Part shown: positions 55,853-61,426 of the stretch, piece by piece | Layout: each line of letters begins with the position of its first letter | Numbering within the stretch: the first letter of the stretch is position 1 | Source of the DNA: a virus | Lineage: Duplodnaviria > Caudoviricetes | Length of the DNA: 61,426 bases | Direction: 5' to 3' (one strand) | IMG/VR virus record: IMGVR_UViG_3300030116_002629 | Coordinates: 1 to 61,426 of that record | Notes under the pieces: model-generated | What the model was told of the DNA's origin: nothing | The model's database searches: none | The model's input: the letters and a program-made list of their open reading frames with translations, nothing else | Made by a program: the position numbers and the translations under genes

Positions 55853-58386
55853 TGAACAAAGAATTATTAGATAAACTTTGGGAAGCTATTAAAAAAACAA
55901 ATATACCTGCAGGACAAAGAAAACAAATATTTGAACAATTTCAACAATCTTTTGATACATTAGATGCAGATACATTAAAAAAATTAGACGCTGAAGTTGT
56001 TATTGAGATTCTTATTGACCAAATGAAAACTTCTGGAGTAAAATCTGCAGATATAAAAGCTTTCCAAGCAGAACTTAAAGCAGAAGCTAAACCTCAAACT
56101 AAACCTGAAGTTGAAACTAAAACACCTGCACCAACTGAAGATATAGACCCTAGAGTAGTTGCAGCAGAAGCTGCAGAAATAGAAGCAGCACAAAAAGGCG
56201 AACCTATTGTTCCTAAAACAAGAGGCCCAAAAATACATAAATACGAAGAATCAATACTTAGAAATATTATTGCAGATATTAAAGCTCAAGGTGGAAGCAA
56301 AGAAGCAGCACAAAGTGTTGTATCTAATTTACCAGGAGACTTACAAAATATTTGGAATAAAAATATAGAAATTGCTAAAACAATGTGGAAGGATAAACCT
56401 AAAACAACAGAAACTCCTAAATCACCTGTAGAACCTAAGCCTAAAGAAAAAGTAATATCTGCTAAAAATGGTTATACTTTTAATAGAAAAGTACAAGGTG
56501 ACCCAACAAGAAACATGCCAGATTACAAAGGTTTGTTACCACCGGGAGGAGACCCTGGTAGTGGAAACTATGTTAGGCCTATTACATTATCTAAATTTAT
56601 TAATCAATCTGAATTAGATACAACTAAAATAATAGACGGTAAATTTGCAGCTGCAGGATTTGAAGCTAATTTAATTGCTGAAGGATTCCAAACTGCATAT
56701 CTTACTAAATATAGTTGGATAAATGATACACCTTATCAAGTAGTTGATAAAGAAAGAGTAGAAATACCAGGAGCATCTGATAAACCTCCAGCAAAAGGTG
56801 ACATTGTTTTAATTGGCCATAATCAAGGAGATTTAGATAAACTTAATATTGACCGTGATAAATTACCAGGTGTATTTGTAGAATTAGAAGATGTTATAGA
56901 ATTAGGAGATAACTGGTGGTCAGAAGGTAATATTCCTAATTATGCAAAGCTAGATGAAATGGCTAAACAATTAGGATGGACAACAGATAAATTAGTTAAA
57001 GTAATATACGGTGCTAAAACTAATCCAGCATCTATGACTACAGAACAAACAGATAAATTACTTGAATGGAATGGTGCTACTTTTTGGAAATTAAAAGTTT
57101 TAGAACCTAGCAAGATGGATGAATCTTGGGTTAAAGGGCAATCAGCTTCAAGTAAACAACCATTTGGTGCAAATGCTTGGGGAAGACAAGGACCTTCTTT
57201 CAGACATGGTCCTGGTGGTATGGCTCCTTTAGATTATGTTGACCCAGCTGAAGGTGTAACTAAAGCAGGAGACGCTAGAGATGATTATGTACAATGGTGG
57301 GATGAAAATGAATCTTATCAAGAGTGGTGGGATAGACAACCTATTGAAGGTGATTATGGTTGGGAAAAACAAACTCCACATGCAGTTGCTGAATCTTGGG
57401 GATTTAATTTTAATAAGATAAATGAATTAGCTGATATGCTACCTAAGTTAATTACACAAATAGGGCCTGCTGCAATGTTAGCTGGAGGTAAAGCATTAAG
57501 GTTATTAGATTATGGTGAAATGATTTATGGTTCTTTAGCTACTGGTATTAATCCTTTACTTAAAAAATTAGGAAAACCTGGACAAAAAATGGCTGAAATT
57601 GTAGGCCAGAGTAGTAAAATTGGTAAAGGTCCTGCATTAGCTGGTCCTCAAGTTAAAGGAGCTCCTGGAAAAGTATTAAGAGCAGGACAAAGAGCATCAA
57701 CTGGTTCTGTAGCTGTAATGGCTAACTATGAAAAATATAATTTCTTATATGGGTTAGCTTCTGGTTTGATACTTTCAGCAATAGAAACAATGGGAATTAT
57801 TGCAAAAGATTCATATGGTGAAAATTCAATTAGAAAAGCATTAGGTCCTGAATATTTTGATTGGGCTGCTGACAATGGAATTATTGATATGATAGGGCCT
57901 TATCCTTTGATGGATAGTTTAGAATTAGCTGAAGAACAAGGTATATTATCAGATGGTTTTGTTGAAGAATATGTAGATTGGACTAATGATAAATGGGTAA
58001 ATGTTTTATATGAGTTTTTAGGTACTGAAGGATACCAAGATATGGAATCAGTTAATGTTGTATGGAGAGATAAAAGATTACCTAAGAATTGGTTAGGTAG
58101 TATGAATGATGTCTTTGGATTACAAAATAATAGTGTAGCTATGAATGCTAGTTTTATACCAGAAACTGGATTAATGCCAGCTATTAAAAGGTCTCCAATA
58201 ATTTCTGGTATTGAAATACCATTTGAAAACTGGTTCTTACCTAAAGTAGGATTAGATGAATGGGTTACACCTATGGAAGAATACATTTACGGAAGTGATG
58301 TATATAATGAAATGCAAGAATATAGTAATATGCCAAGTGTAGATAATACTGCTTGGTTAGGTAATGCTATGAGTGCGGGAGATTAG
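55852..58386 (+). CDS. Short allele of the polyvalent cargo protein, 844 aa (ASCH-like domain and conserved C-terminus)
   Basis: Shares YEKYNFLYGLASGL..IKRSPI.SGIEIPFENWFLPKVGL with 8236-12792 but lacks its four N-proximal domains. Confidence 0.6.
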   Translation: MNKELLDKLWEAIKKTNIPAGQRKQIFEQFQQSFDTLDADTLKKLDAEVVIEILIDQMKTSGVKSADIKAFQAELKAEAKPQTKPEVETKTPAPTEDIDPRVVAAEAAEIEAAQKGEPIVPKTRGPKIHKYEESILRNIIADIKAQGGSKEAAQSVVSNLPGDLQNIWNKNIEIAKTMWKDKPKTTETPKSPVEPKPKEKVISAKNGYTFNRKVQGDPTRNMPDYKGLLPPGGDPGSGNYVRPITLSKFINQSELDTTKIIDGKFAAAGFEANLIAEGFQTAYLTKYSWINDTPYQVVDKERVEIPGASDKPPAKGDIVLIGHNQGDLDKLNIDRDKLPGVFVELEDVIELGDNWWSEGNIPNYAKLDEMAKQLGWTTDKLVKVIYGAKTNPASMTTEQTDKLLEWNGATFWKLKVLEPSKMDESWVKGQSASSKQPFGANAWGRQGPSFRHGPGGMAPLDYVDPAEGVTKAGDARDDYVQWWDENESYQEWWDRQPIEGDYGWEKQTPHAVAESWGFNFNKINELADMLPKLITQIGPAAMLAGGKALRLLDYGEMIYGSLATGINPLLKKLGKPGQKMAEIVGQSSKIGKGPALAGPQVKGAPGKVLRAGQRASTGSVAVMANYEKYNFLYGLASGLILSAIETMGIIAKDSYGENSIRKALGPEYFDWAADNGIIDMIGPYPLMDSLELAEEQGILSDGFVEEYVDWTNDKWVNVLYEFLGTEGYQDMESVNVVWRDKRLPKNWLGSMNDVFGLQNNSVAMNASFIPETGLMPAIKRSPIISGIEIPFENWFLPKVGLDEWVTPMEEYIYGSDVYNEMQEYSNMPSVDNTAWLGNAMSAGD

Positions 58387-58387
58387 A

Positions 58388-59608
58388 ATGGCTTTTCCAG
58401 ATAATGCAACTATTGTACAAGTAGAAGGTACAAATGAATTTTATATAAGAGTAGATAAAGGTGGAGTAAGTTTCTTTTTTAAACCAGATGAACAAAATAT
58501 AAATAGTTTAATAAAGAATTTAGGTGGTGAAGACCCAGCACAAATTAAAAAATCAGTTGAAACTGTTAGTGAAGAAGACTTTGAAGGTTCTTTTATTGAT
58601 GATGATTACCTTGTTTACATGGGTGATTACGATACTCTTACTGAAGATTTTGAAACTATATTAAATAACTTAAGCGATATATCTGCTACTGAAACTTGGT
58701 GGGGTAATCCAGAATTTAGAAGGATATACGAAAAAGAATACATGCTTAACTTAAGTGCTAATGATGGTGTGTTTGACTCAGACGAATTTTTTGCTTCGTT
58801 AAAAGAAAATCCTGATATTGATAATGCTTTAGGGCCTGGTGTTAGAAGAAGTCAATTTAACAGAGCTGTTGATTATCGTTTAGATGGAGTTGCTTATGAA
58901 GAAAGTTTAGAAGTAAAGATAGGTACTATATTATCTACAGCTGCAAAAGCTGGTTTAAATCCAGATACACTTAAAGATAATCCTCAACTAGATAACTCTT
59001 TAAAATTAATTGCTAAGAACTTTAATGATGGTGTTTACGGTGACCCTGGGTTACAAGGTACTATGACTAAAGTTGTACAGCAAATAAATGCTTTAATTGA
59101 CCCTGAAGGTGCAGGTCAGTTTTATAATTTAGATGAAGATATTAAAGCTGCTTCTAAAGGTATGTCTGACTTTACTATAACTACTAAACAAGACGATGTT
59201 AGAGAGTTATTAAATACCTGGGTACCACAAACAAAATGGGGTAATTTTGATATAGGAAAAGAAGCAGGTAAATTAAGAGCTAATCCTGAATATGAAACAG
59301 AATTAATTGAAAAAATGAAAGATGCTAGATTTGCAGAATATTCTATGTATGATAGAGAAACAAGTTGGTCAACTATATTAGCTAATAAGAAAGCATCTAT
59401 TATGAATGCTTGGGGTATAGATGTTGGATATGATAGTCCAGTATTACATGAAGTTATTAAATTAAATGATTCTGCTGCAGAGGGTAAATATCTAAGAGGT
59501 AAAGGTTTAGAATTAGGAATACAAAAAGTAATGAATGACCAAACACTAAGTGAAATGCAAGCATACGGTGAAGGTGTTATTGCATCAGCAGGATACACGG
59601 AGGGATAA
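58388..59608 (+). CDS. Putative internal virion protein (allele B)
   Basis: Homologue of 12792-14033; start moved to MAFPD. Confidence 0.55.
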   Translation: MAFPDNATIVQVEGTNEFYIRVDKGGVSFFFKPDEQNINSLIKNLGGEDPAQIKKSVETVSEEDFEGSFIDDDYLVYMGDYDTLTEDFETILNNLSDISATETWWGNPEFRRIYEKEYMLNLSANDGVFDSDEFFASLKENPDIDNALGPGVRRSQFNRAVDYRLDGVAYEESLEVKIGTILSTAAKAGLNPDTLKDNPQLDNSLKLIAKNFNDGVYGDPGLQGTMTKVVQQINALIDPEGAGQFYNLDEDIKAASKGMSDFTITTKQDDVRELLNTWVPQTKWGNFDIGKEAGKLRANPEYETELIEKMKDARFAEYSMYDRETSWSTILANKKASIMNAWGIDVGYDSPVLHEVIKLNDSAAEGKYLRGKGLELGIQKVMNDQTLSEMQAYGEGVIASAGYTEG

Positions 59609-60582
59609 TGGTAGAAGTTTTTAGAAAAGATTTAGATAGTTCTTATACAGTAGAAAATGATACAGTAATTGAAAATGGTAAAGAAGTAACTAGAGATTTA
59701 CAATATTATTTAGATAGAGGATATACAACTAATTCTTCTGTACAAGGTACAGGTTCTGGTGGTAGTTCTGAACCTGTTGAAACTAGAAATTTAAATCAAG
59801 GAATGGCTCAAGCAAAAGCTTTACTACAACATATGCCAGAATCAATACGAAATGAGTTTTCTAAATCATGGGTTGAATTTGGAGATGTTAACATAGCTAA
59901 ATCAGCAGTAAGAACTACAGCTGCATGGGAAGCTGAATTTGGTTATTTAAAAAGAGATGATGGTAGTTTAATAATGGATGAGTTAAGTGCATTAGCTACA
60001 AAAGCTACATACAGAGAATCTTTAGCTGAAGTTGGTATTGCTGATACTTCTGCATTTGAAGAACAATTTGAACAATTAATAAAAGGTGAAGTATCTGGTG
60101 CAGAGTTTCAACAAAGAATAGATACTGTATGGGGTTCTGTTAAAGACAATATACCTCAAGTAGAAGCAATGTTTAGAGAACAATATAACATAGATTCAGA
60201 TACTCCTACTATATTTGCTGCTTTAATTAATCCAGATATACAAGATAAATTATTAAGAGGTGAACTACAAAGCTTGAAGATTGGTGCAGAAGCTAGAGCT
60301 GCTGGATTTAATAGAAGTTTCTCTAGATTTGAATCGTTAAGAAAAGCTGGTATGACACAAGAGAAAGCTAGAGATGTATATCAATCAGCTCAACCATTAC
60401 TTGAAAGAGCTGGCTCAGTAAGTAGTGGATTAGATATAGGAACATTAGAAGCTGCTGCTATAGGTGACATGAAAGCACAACAGACAGTAGCCAGAACACA
60501 ATCTCAAATACAATCTGAAAGTAGTACTGTACTTGGAGCTGCTAAAAAAGGTAAACAAGTTAGTGGACTTTTAGAAGGATAA
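59608..60582 (+). CDS. Putative internal virion protein, 324 aa (allele B)
   Basis: Homologue of 14033-15010. Confidence 0.55.
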   Translation: MVEVFRKDLDSSYTVENDTVIENGKEVTRDLQYYLDRGYTTNSSVQGTGSGGSSEPVETRNLNQGMAQAKALLQHMPESIRNEFSKSWVEFGDVNIAKSAVRTTAAWEAEFGYLKRDDGSLIMDELSALATKATYRESLAEVGIADTSAFEEQFEQLIKGEVSGAEFQQRIDTVWGSVKDNIPQVEAMFREQYNIDSDTPTIFAALINPDIQDKLLRGELQSLKIGAEARAAGFNRSFSRFESLRKAGMTQEKARDVYQSAQPLLERAGSVSSGLDIGTLEAAAIGDMKAQQTVARTQSQIQSESSTVLGAAKKGKQVSGLLEG

Positions 60583-60598
60583 GTGTATAATAGACATT

Positions 60599-60776
60599 AA
60601 GCGTTGCAAGGTCCGCTTTAAATGACCGCAAATCGGCTTTCAAGCCTGCGTAGAAAGCTTGTACTAAAACCGCAGAGTAAGGACTTAGGATTAAAAACCC
60701 TACCAGATTCTAAGTCAAGTGTGAAGGTAGGGCCGCAGCTAATTGCCACGGGATTAGTTTGTAAGGTAAAACCGTG
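60599..60776 (+). ncRNA. Four-pseudoknot leader RNA (allele B)
   Basis: All eight helices of 15027-15204 are retained. Confidence 0.75.
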
Positions 60777-60787
60777 TGGAGGTACGA

Positions 60788-61249
60788 ATGAGTGAATTTG
60801 ACGGTATTGAAAATACTGGCGTAAAAGCAATGCGTGAAACCATTGATAGAAAGAATGAAGAGATAGCTAAATTGCAATCTGAACTTCATGAACACAAGGA
60901 TGCAAAGCTTAATTCTGTTGTAAAACAGATAGGTTTAAATCCAGACAGTGGTTTTGGTAAAGCATTAAAACAAGTGTATAACGGTGATGCAACAGTTGAA
61001 GCCGTTAGTGAGTTTGCTAAGACTGAGTATAGTTATGAGCCAACAGGAGCAATTCAGGAAGTCACACAGACTGAAGAGCCACCAGTAGTTCAGGACGATG
61101 CAAGGGCTAGAGTAGCTTCACTTGATGCAAATTCTACAAGTGATGTACCAGGAGATGTTCTGAGTGAACTTCAGGATATAATTAGCAAGGGTACTCCTAA
61201 AGATAGTATCCGAGCAAAACTTACTCTGATGGAGAACGAAAAGAACTAA
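60788..61249 (+). CDS. Capsid scaffolding protein (allele B)
   Basis: ATG after GGAGG; homologue of 15218-15682. Confidence 0.7.
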   Translation: MSEFDGIENTGVKAMRETIDRKNEEIAKLQSELHEHKDAKLNSVVKQIGLNPDSGFGKALKQVYNGDATVEAVSEFAKTEYSYEPTGAIQEVTQTEEPPVVQDDARARVASLDANSTSDVPGDVLSELQDIISKGTPKDSIRAKLTLMENEKN

Positions 61250-61289
61250 ATAAGTATAAGTACAAGTTAAGAGTTTACGGAGGTAAATT

Positions 61290-61426
61290 ATGGCAAGCAT
61301 AAGCTTGACAAATAACGCTATTTACTCACAGGCAATTAATAATTTTTCCGGTGAGTTATTCCGTGTAGGTGGTCAAAGAACTCCTTTCTTATCTGCAACT
61401 GGTGGATTAAACGGAGGTAAGGTTTT
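61290..61426 (+). CDS. Major capsid protein, N-terminal fragment (allele B, cut by the window end)
   Basis: MASISLTNNAIYSQAINNFSGELFRVGGQRTPFLSATGGLNGGKV. Confidence 0.9.
   Translation, partial: MASISLTNNAIYSQAINNFSGELFRVGGQRTPFLSATGGLNGGKV

Larger units (their letters stand above)
47709..61426 (+). repeat. Diverged direct repeat, copy B of the portal-to-capsid block
   Basis: Collinear homologue of 1-15854. Confidence 0.95.

Noticed and set aside
47709-61426. Ordinary terminal redundancy (direct terminal repeat)
   Set aside because: Terminal repeats are identical copies; these are deeply diverged and differ in length by about 2.1 kb.
1-61426. Alternative genetic code or prophage context
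   Set aside because: Standard-code ORFs tile both arms densely with TAA, TAG and TGA all used as stops; no host genes, integrase or att sites seen.

Overview
AT-rich tailed-phage DNA, probably short-tailed (podovirus-like), with no integrase, DNA/RNA polymerase, helicase or primase that I can recognise. One genome unit is about 47.7 kb: position 1 corresponds to 47709. The window then runs through a second, strongly diverged allele of the portal-to-capsid block (47709-61426, matching 1-15854). The last 77 nt exactly match 15778-15854, so the tandem arrangement is probably a de Bruijn co-assembly of two population variants. The rightward arm carries terminase, portal, large putative ejected proteins, scaffold, major capsid, tail, lysis and membrane genes. 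The leftward arm carries SSB, a Rad52/Sak annealase, a MoxR-type AAA ATPase with a HEXXH-vWA partner, a metallophosphoesterase, an SLT transglycosylase, a SET-domain protein and many small ORFs. Leaderless extended -10 promoters, a poly-Thr surface protein and the holin type suggest a low-GC actinobacterial host (inference). The most unusual features: (1) four back-to-back H-type pseudoknots in the leader of the scaffold/capsid operon, with pairing preserved between alleles; (2) five leftward promoter-like elements with a c-GTTA-g hairpin at a fixed distance from a -10-like box, plus an array of six GTTA-loop mini-hairpins next to the terminase gene; (3) a 73-nt alanine-identity tRNA-like RNA with no D-stem and a GNRA tetraloop instead of an anticodon loop; (4) a putative virion cargo protein whose two alleles differ by about four nucleotide-processing-like domains. 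All family assignments come from recognising motifs by eye, not from database searches.
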